Notes under the pieces: generated by a model
The model's input: the letters and a program-made list of their open reading frames with translations, nothing else
Told to the model about the DNA's origin: nothing
The model's database searches: none
Assembly (NCBI GenBank): GCA_043228905.1
Contig: JBHGNT010000022.1
Location: 5,580,001-5,644,000, forward strand
Source: Azolla caroliniana
Taxonomy: Eukaryota > Plantae > Polypodiophyta
Direction of reading: 5' to 3'
Length of the DNA stretch: 64,000 bases
Made by a program: the position numbers and the translations under genes
Shown: piece by piece, positions 25,180-37,759 of the stretch
How the letters are laid out: the number at the start of each line of letters is the position of its first letter
Position numbering within the stretch: the first letter of the stretch is position 1

Positions 25180-27168
25180 CTCTATATAAGTATCAATAGA
25201 AATTCCTAATGAATGAATCACCCCGTTGATGTATTGTACTCTTCCATCAGCCAAGTGCACTGTGTAGCTGTGGTCACTTACGGTGGGTTGGATTCCCCAT
25301 ATCTGAACCAAACGATCATTGACAAAGTTGTGTGAGCTTCCCGAATAAAACAAAAATTGTACGGGAGATCCATTGATATACCCATTTGCACATAGTAAAT
25401 CATTGGGATCCAATACATAGTGAGGGAAAGAACATTCACAATTACTTAAATGATGTGTATAGACCTGAAGGACATTAGGAATCTGACCTTTATGGTCTGC
25501 AACTTTAGCTTTGTTGTCGTGCTCTTTCTGTTGGAGCTTTCGACATTGATCTTTTGTATAACCCTTCTTTTTGCAGAATACGCAAAAAGGATGTTGTCGC
25601 TTACAATCGTGATCCATGAATTCGTTGCGTGTCTTGCGTTTCCCAATTAATTGCGACTGCTTAGTCCTAGGCGCTTCATTCGGTTTGTTGTGGTCCTTCT
25701 TCGAAGTGCGTTGATAGCGAAGAACTATTTCAACGGCCTCTTCGAAGGATTTTGGATCCTTATCATGCACTATCCAGTGATAGTACGAATTGGGGATGCC
25801 ATTGACAAAAGAAGCTATTAACCAATTGTCCCCTTCTAGACCTGATTTTTGGATTTGGGTTCTAGCATGGTGAACATAGTCTTCTAGCGAGGAAAACTTG
25901 TTGCTAGAGAGGTTCATGAAAGCTTGTGCCGCCTCGATTCGAGAGGGAGGTTGCAGAAATTGGCCCTTGAAAACTATGACAAAATCTATCCAGGTATCGG
26001 GCAATTTCCCCAAAGTGCGGAGCCCACGCGACTAGGCGGCGGCTTTACCCCCTAGTTCTCAGCTGACATATGCAATCTTTGTACTATCCGGCGTGGGATA
26101 GAGCTCAAAATGAGACTCCCATCGGCCCAGCCACGTGTAGATTGCTTCTTCGGTTCTTTCCTTTTTGTCTCCTATAAATGGCTTAACGACAAACGATGGT
26201 TCACCCTGTCGCTCATCAGGTCTATTAGTCTAATGTTGTAGACTAATGACACATGCCTCGAGAGCACTTTGAGATTGCTGATGTTCAGTCATCTGTTGAG
26301 CGGTGAAACTAAGGTATTGGGTTATTTGCGAAAAATACATCTCAATGAACATTTGTCCAAGAGGATTCCCTTAAGTTCCTTTCGCTTGAGCGGATGACAT
26401 CGGGTCGTTATTTTGAGCCATTAAATGATTATTTCTGGAAAAGAAATAGGATAATGTCAGAGAGATAGTCATAACATCATGTCGTGATGTAAACATATCA
26501 TGGGTGAACATTAATCGATATCATTATCTCACGTCAATACCCCTCTAGATGTATGAGATGAGGTTCAAGATCAGGTTACTATGGTAACACAAAGGTGTTT
26601 TAAAAGCCATGGGAGTGACAAATAAATGTCTTTCCATGATCTCTAGATCGTTTTTTTTCATGGTGGCTCCCCGAGGCTCAACCATGTATGTTCACGTCAT
26701 GAATAGTTTATACACGAAAAAAATGTTAACAATAACTATGTTTCGGTGCCCACATATGTGGTTTTGGCTCTTTAAGTACTATTCCGAGGACCCCGAAGTG
26801 CACTTAGACCTTAAGTCTAAGCATGTGTTATAGTCATATGTATCAACGATGTTGTATGGTCTTGGTTATATTTGAGCTCGAGACCTCGAGAACACATACA
26901 TTAAACACTTGAGCCAACCAAGCAAATTGCTCTTCTTTGAGTGTTTAATGTTTCATGTTTATAAGAGATATGCGAGGCATTTGCCCATATATGTTTTTTT
27001 AAAAGAAACATATGTGTCAAGAGTCCTTATTTCGCCCTCATTTACTACAACTATGTTGGTACGTTGTCGTAGTGTATTTTGTACACTACGTGAAAAACGT
27101 ATATAGTATTAGATTCAATAAAAAATGAAGAAATAGAAGAAAATAGCAAAATAAATGGAACATGCATA

Positions 27169-27230
27169 GGGCAAGATTCGAACCTTGCACCTCCATGTTA
27201 ATAATGTAATGTCTTACCATTACACTAGCA
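27169..27230 (-). other. tRNA-like A-box/B-box module inside the family-D LTR (copies at 29801-29862 minus and 40559-40620 plus)
   Basis: Minus strand reads TAGTGTAATGGT ... GCAAGGTTCGAATCTTGC (T-arm-like stem-loop). Confidence 0.6.
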
Positions 27231-27857
27231 TTTCATTAGTATTAAAGCATAGATGTCCCACATAGAAAGGTAAATTCACGCTAGGATAAACATTAGAAAA
27301 ACGCATAACAAAAGAAAAAGCTATACATACACATCTAGCGTGCATGATAAAAAACGCACAAGTTAGAAAAAGCATGATCACTTTAGATAAAGCATATAGT
27401 CTATCTATAGGAAAAGCATGGGGTCTATAGTTAGAGAAAAAGCATGGATTACTAAGACTTCCTCATCACTACATAAGGATGGGAAGCACAATGTAATTGT
27501 GTGTGAAATATTTGGAAATTGGATATATTTCCGAAAACACCAACCGATTAATATAATCGTGGGATTCACGAAAATAATATAATCTATACTTGTGGGATTC
27601 ACAAGTTTCTTATATCTTTCTTTCAATCTAAATACATATTCTTATCTAAATATTGATTAATCGAATACAATACACTCGTGGGATTCACGAAATTTCTATC
27701 TCTCTTTCTAATAATCTATTCATTACTAGCCTCATCTCATATTCTTCTTTCTCCTAGTCCAAAACCCCGGTGGTTCCCACCCGACTCACGCAAACGATCC
27801 GGAGCCGAAAGGCACGACACAGTTGGTGAACCCGACGCGAAGGCGGGTGGCAAGGAG

Positions 27858-29696
27858 ATGGAGAATCAACAAGAGGCAATGAGCATAACGATGATGATGA
27901 TGTTCGAGCGGATGCTACAAGAACAACGAGTGATGTCGGAGATCACGGGGTCAGTAAAGCGGCTCGTACAACAAAACGGACAATTCAACGGAAATGATGT
28001 GTCACGCTATCTACGTGACTACAAGGCGGAGATGATACGATGTGGGATACCGGAAGGATTGCAAGTGACATCCTTCAATCGGGTGGCCACGGATGAGCTA
28101 CAAGAGAGAATCCACAAGATACGACAACAAAACTCGACATGGGGGTCATTCGAAGAAGCTTTACGAGAGGCATATGATTACAAGAGATCGAAGGGAAAAG
28201 ATCGGCGAGAATTCGACGAATGGGTGGCATCGGAGAAGACCCACCGAAGTGCAACACAAGCATTCCTAGAGTTCGAGAATCGTTTTGCTCGACTCTCGGA
28301 GCGGGAACAACGATTGGTGGGGGAGGATAAAGTCCTAATGTTCGTAAAATCGATCGATCGAAAAGAAAGGAAGGACATCGGGATCGAACTCGAAGACGAT
28401 GACGGTGCGAATGGTCTTACCGAGGATTGGGCCAAAGTCGAAAGGGTATGCCAGAGACATGATGAGAGGAAGATGAGAATCTTGTCAACGACATGGCCGA
28501 TGAAGGATGGTCGATTGAAGACAAACGATGGAGCCGATATGAAGGCCGAAATACAACATGATGGTGCGACGGAAGAGGGTGTAAAACAAGCTACCCTCTT
28601 GTCTTGCGAAAGAACGACGACGAAGGATAAGGCCGATAACCCAAGTGTAGAAGAAGATTTCGGATTATAAGTGTCCGAAACATCGGGTGAAAAAGGGGTA
28701 AGCATAATTGATGCAGTGAAAGAGAGCAAGGAGGACTTGATTGAGGAGGTCACCACAAAAGATGACATCGAATCGAAGGTGGCTATGGACGAATCAATGG
28801 CGGATGGCCATATCAAGATTTCTCCACCACTGATTCTCGAGACTCCGGCGGTTGCGTTCGAAAGGCAACGTGAGACCGAAGAGACGGAAGGTGGCGGAGA
28901 GAAAACAAAGGTCGAAGTCGATGCATACGACGGAGAGATAGCCGAGAATATGGATATGGGTGAAACAATGGAGGATGATAATACCGAGGATTCCTACCCA
29001 CTAATTCTAGAGACTTCGGCAGTTGTGTCCGAGAACCAACGTGAGACCGGAGAGACGGGAGGTGGCAGCAAGAAAGGTAAAGTCGGAAGCTGGTTTGGAT
29101 GGAAGGTGATCCGGACGGGATTCCGATCCGAAAGAAAGCCGACCCGAAAAGGGGTCGACTCGGTCAAAACCGATCGACTGAGTTTGACTTGGCCGAACGA
29201 GAATATGGATGGAAGCCGACCTAGCCGAAAGCCGATCGGACGAAACCGATCCGAAAAGAAGCTAATCCGACTCAACCGGAGGTTGGACCGGTCGAGGCTG
29301 GTGAAAACGAGGAAAAGAAAGCCAACTGAAAAGGAGACCGACTCAATCGAAACCGAACAACCGATTCCGATTCGGCCGAATACGAATCCGATCGGAAGCC
29401 GATCAAACCGAAAGTTGATCGGACGAGAGCGATCCGGAAAAAAGTCAAGGTTGATGAAGACAAGAAAGAGGCCAGTAAAAGACACTACCACGAATGACAA
29501 GGGCCAAGAATATGACGAGACAGAACAAAGAATATGGTGGATCGGATGGCGACAATGGTTCGGGTGGAAAGAATGGGTCTACTCAAAATGGAGAGACAAA
29601 GTTGACATAGCGGGACAAACGGAGGATGAAGGGGAGACAACGAGCATCGACAACTTCGGCACATACCGGAGGATGTGTGGGTTTGGAGGGGGTGAG
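27858..29696 (+). pseudogene. Gag-like protein with acidic/basic repeats; one in-frame TAA at 28668-28670
   Basis: ORFs 27678-28670 and 28671-29738 are in the same frame; FNGNDVSRYL retrotransposon-gag-like start. Confidence 0.7.
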
Positions 29697-31039
29697 TGTC
29701 GTAGTGTATTTTGTACACTACGTGAAAAACGTATATAGTATTAGATTCAATAAAAAATGAAGAAATAGAAGAAAATAGCAAAATAAATGGAACATGCATA
29801 GGGCAAGATTCGAACCTTGCACCTCCATGTTAATAATGTAATGTCTTACCATTACACTAGCATTTCATTAGTATTAAAGCATAGATGTCCCACATAGAAA
29901 GGTAAATTCACGCTAGGATAAACATTAGAAAAACGCATAACAAAAGAAAAAGCTATACATACACATCTAGCGTGCATGATAAAAAACGCACAAGTTAGAA
30001 AAAGCATGATCACTTTAGATAAAGCATATAGTCTATCTATAGGAAAAGCATGGGGTCTATAGTTAGAGAAAAAGCATGGATTACTAAGACTTCCTCATCA
30101 CTACATAAGGATGGGAAGCACAATGTAATTGTGTGTGAAATATTTGGAAATTGGATATATTTCCGAAAACACCAACCGATTAATATAATCGTGGGATTCA
30201 CGAAAATAATATAATCTATACTTGTGGGATTCACAAGTTTCTTATATCTTTCTTTCAATCTAAATACATATTCTTATCTAAATATTGATTAATCGAATAC
30301 AATACACTCGTGGGATTCACGAAATTTCTATCTCTCTTTCTAATAATCTATTCATTACTAGCCTCATCTCATATTCTTCTTTCTCCTAGTCCAAAACCCC
30401 GGTGGTTCCCACCCGACTCACGCAAACGATCCGGAGCCGAAAGGCACGACAACGTTACCTAACCTCAAGTCTTGTAATTACGATGGCATACGCCAAAGTG
30501 CAACCTAATGGTCAAGCCAAATGAGCCCTCTTTTCGTAGTAGGCCCACGTGGCCCATCACATGGTCACGTCATTATGAATGCCTCTCGTAAGAATGATCT
30601 CATGGTGGCATCGTATCCATGTAATGAGGGAGGGATGTTGTATACGTGTGTCATAGGAGCGACCTCAGATGAAGTGGGTCAAGCCCTACGTACTCAACAT
30701 CATTATGGCTATAAGAGTTTCTTTACGTAACGAAATATCGAAGTCACCAACGGGGATTTCAACAATAAAAAATTGTTGAAAAAGGGATGGTGACAACGCT
30801 ATTCTCACAAAAATGTGAGGATGGCCACCAACATCCTTTCCCCTTAAAATCACGTAATAACTTATATACACATCTGTATATTATCACATATATACGATCA
30901 ACTACGTATACACGTGACCACATATGCCTATATTAAAGAAATCGTTATATTTAATAGCCAAAAATGACGTAATCGAGATACGTAATCGAGGCATATACCT
31001 CTATGCACACGAGACATCCAAAAATAAGGGTTAATCATA

Positions 31040-31290
31040 ATACGCAATTGAAGTATTGACCTCTTAGGCATACGAAACCAAATGCATATCGTTGTAGTAC
31101 GCAATTGAAGTATTGACCTCTTAGGCATACGAAACCAAACGCATATCATTTACAACGAATCAAGGTATTGACCTCATACGCAAACGCAACATATGTTTGT
31201 GAACGTAGTAGGCAATTGAAGTATTAACCTCGTGCACATACGACACTCATCACATATTCAATATACGTCAAATGAGGTATTGACCTCGTA
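31040..31290. repeat. Short tandem repeats in the 5' UTR of element G
   Basis: tacgcaattgaagtattgacctcttaggcatacgaaacc twice (~57-bp spacing) plus three degenerate gtattgacctc copies. Confidence 0.8.
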
Positions 31291-32001
31291 CACATATGTA
31301 AATGTTTTATATAACCAATTAATTACCACTACAACATCATTGAATCTATAAAAAAAATTACATATTAACCATACACATAACTAAATTAGGAGAAGAAAGA
31401 ATAGAAAAAACAAGAAAGATTATCGAAGTTCCTTTGTTGATCCTTGTCTGCACAAAGGCCGACGGCACGTAGATCGATCACCATCAATCAAAAACACAAA
31501 ACAAAACAAAAGAAACATTAGAAAATGAGCTCGGATACCAACTGTTAGAGACATAGACTAATGTAAGCATTAGATAAGGATAGAATAAAGATAAATAGAT
31601 AGAAAGGAGAGAGAGAGAACGAAGGGTGTCGATCCACCTGACCTACCCCGAGTGAAGGGATCGAGACGGACTCGAGCCTCGATCAGCGTCCCATACCACC
31701 GCCATGGCGTCGAGTCGTACCTAGTGTTGACGCGCTCACTACAAGAGTTGACCCACCACAAGACAGAGCCTCGACGTAGTCAACAAGATGATCAAATGAG
31801 GGTAGCTAGGCCTCTTATTTATAGCAATACCCAAGGCCCCCAGCCAAGTTCACACTTGGCCTAATGGGTTGTCTCAATCCCGAGGATTAAAAGTAATCCT
31901 CCCCTTCTTTACACTCTCGTTTAACCCTCACACTTATCCACGTATATAGAATACTACGGTAAATTCTCACCAAGGTATATTATATGGTCATGCCCATAAC
32001 A

Positions 32002-33680
32002 ATCATCTAGCCGACCAATTGATATCAGGTTCAACCGAACCTCCAAAATGTGTCGAACATCCTTCAACAGCAGCTTGCACCCGGTTGATGTCGTTAACCA
32101 CACGTGTCCGATGCCAACAAATAGGCATGATCCTTCATTCCCCATCCGGACACAACCATGGTCTTCGGATATGTAGGATGAGAAGCATTTCCGATCCGGT
32201 GTCAGGTGGAACGATGCTCCGGAATCGACAACCCACATTGTCTCCTCACCGACAAGGTTTAACTCATTCTCCTCGGTGATGAGAAACAGTTCTTCTTCAG
32301 TTGTCGTGATCGTTGACATTCCTTTCCAATCCTGACCTCTCCGGTCCGAACTCTTCTTCAAATCGGTGTTGTCGGTTCCTTTCTCTTTCCAGAAATGCCG
32401 TCAGTTCTTCTGGAAGTGGCCTGGATTCCCACAATAGAAGCAACTAGGACTCCCCCTTGATTTTGACCTTGTCCTCGAGTTTTCCTAGTTCTGGAGACTC
32501 TAGTACCAGTTTCTCCCTCGTTGTGTGTCGAATTCGGAAATCAGGGCTTTTGAGTTGGAGATCACTTCCTTGTCTTTCTGACGCGCCTCTTCATCTAGCA
32601 AGCTCGAGTTCACTCTTGCTAGTGATAGTTGCTTTCCTTCCGGCCCGACGTTGCCCAAAGTGACAACTAGCGTCTCCTAGTTGTCCTGGAGGGAACCGAG
32701 CAATAGCAATGCAAGTACCTCATCGGCTAGAGGAACGTCCAAGGAGGTGGCTTGATTTATGAGCCCCTGGAAGGCATTCATGTGCTCCGCCATATTGGAG
32801 CCGTCTTGATATATGAGTCTCACTAGCTTCCGGAAAACTGAGACTCCATTCATGTCATTCTTGTTCTGGAACATGATGCCAATCTTCTCCCAGAGTTCAT
32901 GAGCCTTGCTTTGTTCGTTGAAGTTGTTGTACAAGATCATGTCGATGAAGCATCTCATGTATGTCGTCATCTTCATATGCATCCCCTCCCGTGTCATGGC
33001 ATCGATCGTGTCCGGTTTGTTGTCCCTGAACTGTACCAGCAACCAGAGATCTTTAACCACCAGCATGTCCCTCATGTTCGACTTCCACACTAAGTAGTTG
33101 GAGCTGGTGAGCTTGAACATGCCGCCAAATGATTCTTCTATTGTCTTTGTTGTTATCGCTCTAATACCAGTTTGTGCGCAATAGCAGTCGGCCACAACTG
33201 AGTAGCAAACACTTGATGAAAGAACAAAACAAAAATGGAGGTTCATACACTTACACAGAAGAGACAACACAAGATGTTTACGTGGAAAGCCCTAATAGGG
33301 AAATACCGTAGGAGCTCACAAACTCCAACTATCATATCACAATACGAGAAAGGAGGTACAATAGGAGACTTAGAGGCAACGACCTCGAGCTCTATATCTT
33401 CCCCAACCGACGGCTTCACTTCTCTCTCTCTCTCTCTCTCTACTACTATGATACATCTAACAACTACATAACTCTTACACATAGAAAGTGGTTGCCCTAA
33501 GTCATATTTATACTTATATGACTTTTTGGGATATTTACAATTATAGCCTCAATAGGCTCATCATGAAACATTTTTGTAGATATGTCCCTAGATCTGGTAC
33601 GCGCCGGATCCATCCAAATTCACTCGATTCGATTTCCGGGTCTCATCCGAATTGCATCCGGAGGGACCGAAATCCCAACA
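32002..33680 (-). mobile_element. 5' part of copia family-1 element H2 (LTR 33173-33680, gag, protease)
   Basis: PBS TGGTATTAGAGC; gag nearly the same as H1; WVVDSGASFH protease motif. Confidence 0.88.
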
Positions 33681-34800
33681 CTATCTACCTTACAGGAGTT
33701 GCAACTTTGTTTAGGATATTGTGCATTCTATTGAAGAATGTCTGGGATTCAAGCACGTTGTACATTGAATTGCTTGCTGGAACCTTAATTTGTCTAGATG
33801 TGGTAAGGATTTATGTAATCATGTTCTAGACATACTATTACTTGTTTGTACACATTTTATCCATTATAAGCGCTTTGTCGATCACATGTTCCAGTGATTG
33901 TTCTTTAAAATAAAAAATGGTTAATGTAGTGTGGAGTAGCTCTCTGAGTGTCGATAAAAAAGTGTCCTTCATGTCTTCCTCAAGAGGTGGTTGTGCTAAC
34001 TACCTCTGAAGATTTTGAAACTGAATAATAAATTGTGGAATTGTCTCATGAGATTCTTGGTAAGCCACATAGAATTAGCTCATAAGTTCCCTTTTTGGAA
34101 CTTGATGATAAAATAACCTGATAAACTTACTATTTAATTGCTTAAATGATTCAGACTCACCCTCTTCATGTTGTGAGGACCAATTCACTGATTGTCTGTC
34201 TCGCAACAATCCGAATTCTACAATCTTTGATTTGTTATTATCCGCTTTTGACAATCTCTGTGAGACATGGTTAGCTTGCCATGTCATAAGGAAAGAGCAC
34301 ATGTGTGCTTCTACATCAGCCTCATCATGGTGTTTAGGATAGGGGTACGACATTGTATCCTCTTGAAAAACTTCTCCCAAGTTAATTGGGTTTTGGTGTT
34401 GCTTGGACGTCTCCTCGTCCGAACTACTGTCGGTGTATTACGCGGGAATTACCCTTAACTCCTCTTTAGCCTCCTCCTGAATTGGTTCAACAACTCAGAA
34501 TTAGTCAAATTATCTTCTTTTGCACGTCGGCTTTCCGATCTTGTGCATGGTAGGCTCCTCCTCGTTCTTGTCAACATCATCCGGGCTTGCTAACTTCCTT
34601 TTTGCTGGAATTGTTCGGCCTCCGGAGTTGATTTAGAACCTTGTCCTGATCTGTGCCTATTTGTTGTAGGTTCTCCAACCCTACTACCTAGTTTGACTCG
34701 TTGATTTGCACAATTTGTATGGCCTCTTCCGAGTAAGCATTTCTATGGTCCATCTCTGGCTCCGACTCCTATCTCATCTGCTTCGTTGTCATGAAAAGCC
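33681..34800 (-). mobile_element. Degenerate non-chromovirus gypsy gag remnant
   Basis: ORF 34075-34380 (AHMCSFLMTWQANHVSQRL) is homologous to gag at 42790-43431 (THICLFLNVWNANHMAQRL). Confidence 0.7.
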
Positions 34801-35029
34801 ATCATTATGCATGGATCGTGAGGTGGAACCACAGAGGTTATGGACTAGAAGGAATTAGATCTCACACACACAACATGATGAAGGAACAAATATTCAAACG
34901 TGTTCGTGAAAAAGAGCGGTGCACAGGCAAGCCTGAATCAACCCCTAGTCACAAGGAGAATGAATGCATGAGAGGAAGGTTTACAGACGGACACACAAGG
35001 AAAAGTCTTACATACACACATGGATGTCA

Positions 35030-35700
35030 AATTTCCGAATGCCATTGTGAAAGGAGAGGTGCATGGCCAAGCCCGAACGCTCCCTTATCACGAGACACAC
35101 GAACACAAACTTTCAATTTACACACGAGAGACAAAGTTTCAAATGCCTTCCTGAAAGGAGAGGTGCATGGGCAAGCCCGAACACTCCCTTGTCACAAGAC
35201 ACACGAACACGCAAGAGACTTTTACACACAAGAGACAAAGTTTTGAATGTCTTTGTGAAAGATGAGGTGCATGGACAAGCTTGAACACTCCCTTGTCACA
35301 AGACACACAAACACACAAGCAACTTTTATACACAACAGACAAAGTTTCGAATGCCTTTGTGAAAGGAAAGGTGTATGGGCAAGCCCAAACGCTCACTTGT
35401 CACAAGAGACATGAACACACAAGCAAGACACAAAAGTTCGAAGGACTTTGTGAAAGGAGAGGTGCATGGGCAAGCCCAAAATGCTCCCTTGTCACAAGAC
35501 ACATCGATACACAAGCAAGGTTTACACGAACACGCGTGCATGGGCAAGCCCAAAATGCTCCCTTGTCACAAGACACATCGATACACAAGCAAGGTTTACA
35601 CGAACACGCAAGACACAAAAGTTTGAATGCCTTTGTGAAGGGAGAGGTGCATGGGCAAGCCCGAAACGCTCCCTTGTCACATGACTCACAAACACATAAG
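35030..35700. repeat. Tandem array, ~104-bp unit, about 7 copies
   Basis: Core gtgcatgggcaagccc..ctcccttgtcacaagacac at 35059, 35163, 35267, 35371, 35462, 35536 and 35647. Confidence 0.9.
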
Positions 35701-36420
35701 CATAAGTGACAATAACATATAAGACACATAGGTGAAAGAAAGCATTAGTTTATTGCAACCCATTGTAACATGATTCTTTTATAAAATAAGAATCATGTTA
35801 CGATGGGTTGGATATTTTTGAGAATCAAGCTCAACCTAACATTGTGTGTGAACATGCCCTTTGAGAATCTATGAGCACTCAAAGGTCAAGAGTCACACCA
35901 CTCTCTACACATTTACTATGTGTCATAGAATCATATTCTATGACACATAACTAACGAGTTACATATTCCCCATGACTAATGAGTCTTCACTTTCGTCAAG
36001 GTTCTAGAGAGAGAGTGGACATTGTAGTGAGTTAATGAAGAGAGAGGGCGACCTTACGTAAAGCACCCTCCTCCTACTTCATATAGTGTCGGTTGTGACT
36101 CCTTGTAATGCTACATTTTGTATTTGCTATTCTCCTTGTTTATATCCACCTTCTTCTTGAGTACGTCATTTTTCTTTCATCTATCTATCTTGTGTTTTCT
36201 CTTCTCTCATCTCTTTCCTCACACACATACACATAACACACATCTCTTCCATTGTACAAGAATAATACCCTCTTCTTTACAAAGATGAATATCAGAGATA
36301 ATTTATAAAGGAATGGGGAAAGCGAGTTGGAGAAAAGAAGAGAGTCGAATATAGAAGAGGGAGATTCTTTGGTGATGATGCCTCTTGATGTTGTTTATCC
36401 TTCTTCTTTCGCCTTCCACG

Positions 36421-37297
36421 TGATTAGAGCTTCCGTTGTCGCCGTAATCCGTGCAGGCGTGTATGATCCGGGGCGGGACCACAGGGGTCTTGGACCAGAG
36501 AGAGACGGAGCATGGAAGGTCAGGCTTCACTGTTTCCCACGACCGGCCTGGACACCAACCAGAGTGTTTCCGGATACGTACCGGAAGCAACCGAAAGAGA
36601 GAGGAAAAAGGACGCACACGCAGCATTGACTAGACACACGCATCCTATGTACAAAATCAACCAAAAAGATAAAGAACTCCAAAGACACCGGCACAGACAC
36701 AAATGCACAGAACTTCACTATATATATACAAGACTAAGATACAACTCTGGCCTTGAGCCGGACCAAGGTAGGTTAGGTTACAATAGCAATCTGCTGCCAA
36801 GCCGCTGATCGGGGAGCTCTCGGGCTCGTCGCGCCGAGCAGGGTCTTGCATAGGAGACAAAGCAAAAGTGAAAACCCCTTAGGACATACAAGCTCTTAAC
36901 CGGACTAAACCCTAAATAGGCATGAAGACTCAACCCACATGATGACAAAGAAGAAGACCTAGATGAAACCCTAAAGAAAGTAACTAAGAAAGAAAGAAAG
37001 AAAGAAGAGAAAAGCTACCTTACTTTAGATGTAAGTGGTATACCTCCTAACTCAAAATGGGCAACCCTTTTACAAAGGTCCCTCCCTTGCTTTTATAGCC
37101 CAAGGAGGGAGGGGCGTTACAATGTTGGATAAATCCCTTGTTACATGGGATTCTCTGTCCCAACTTAACTCCTATTCGGCACCATAAAGGCACCCCATTA
37201 TCTTACACGGGTATACAAGGGTGAGTGCTCACGCCGCACCCTGCCGATATTCCCAATAGGCCCGGTTTTCTCACTATGACCGTGAATCTTCATAACA
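36421..37297 (-). mobile_element. Solo LTR (or small non-coding LTR element), 877 bp
   Basis: TG..CA termini flanked by a perfect 5-bp TSD ccacg (36416-36420 and 37298-37302); TATA-like boxes on the minus strand. Confidence 0.7.
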
Positions 37298-37759
37298 CCA
37301 CGTTCCTTCTCCCTAGAATAGGCCCGTGTTTATAGGGTTTCTATTGCTTGCATTTTCCCCTAAACAAAAGCTTGTCTATGTGAGTCAGTTTCTCTTTCAT
37401 CATTATTTATGTTCCGTAATGTCAAATTTGACATGCAAGATATGCTTAGAAATGTCAAAATTTCCCCTATGCATCTTTCCTTTCCTAATTTAGACATCGA
37501 ACGAGCAAATTATAAGCTTTTTACTTGACCTTGCTGCTTATATCCAAACCTAGCTTTTCTTTTCCCATTTTTTCCTCTACTTTTGTCTACTTTTGAAAAT
37601 TTCTTCTAGTTTTATATTCCTCATCATTTATTGTAAGATTTAATCCTTTGACCTTTTATTTATAAGGAATTCTCTTTGAAAAAGTATTTGTTTTTACTAA
37701 TAAAGTTGACTTCATAATACTAGTTTATTTGAACTACTATTTTATCTATATGAATAGTC

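Larger units (their letters stand above)
27065..30451 (+). mobile_element. Young gag-only LTR element D1 (755-bp LTRs 27065-27819 and 29697-30451)
   Basis: TGTCGT..ACGACA LTRs appear identical; 4-bp TSD ACGT; PBS TGGTGAACCCGACG at 27824; PPT 29685-29696; no pol motifs. Confidence 0.95.
16684..32001 (-). mobile_element. Degenerate chromovirus-type gypsy element G, 3'-truncated; 5' LTR 31543-32001; hosts F and D1
   Basis: PBS TGGTATCCGAGC (31529-31540, minus). Gag/PR 25180-26420, RT 18645-19220 (FLDDI), RH 17666-18400 (ETDASDYA), INT 17189-17584 (ISMDFI..VVDRLTK). Interrupts the copia ORF at 32002. Confidence 0.88.

Noticed and set aside
27169-27230. Functional tRNA gene in the D LTR
   Set aside because: No convincing acceptor or anticodon stems; only the A/B boxes and T-arm are recognisable.
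35030-35700. CRISPR-like array
   Set aside because: Whole units repeat with degeneration and there are no unique spacers; eukaryotic context, no cas genes.
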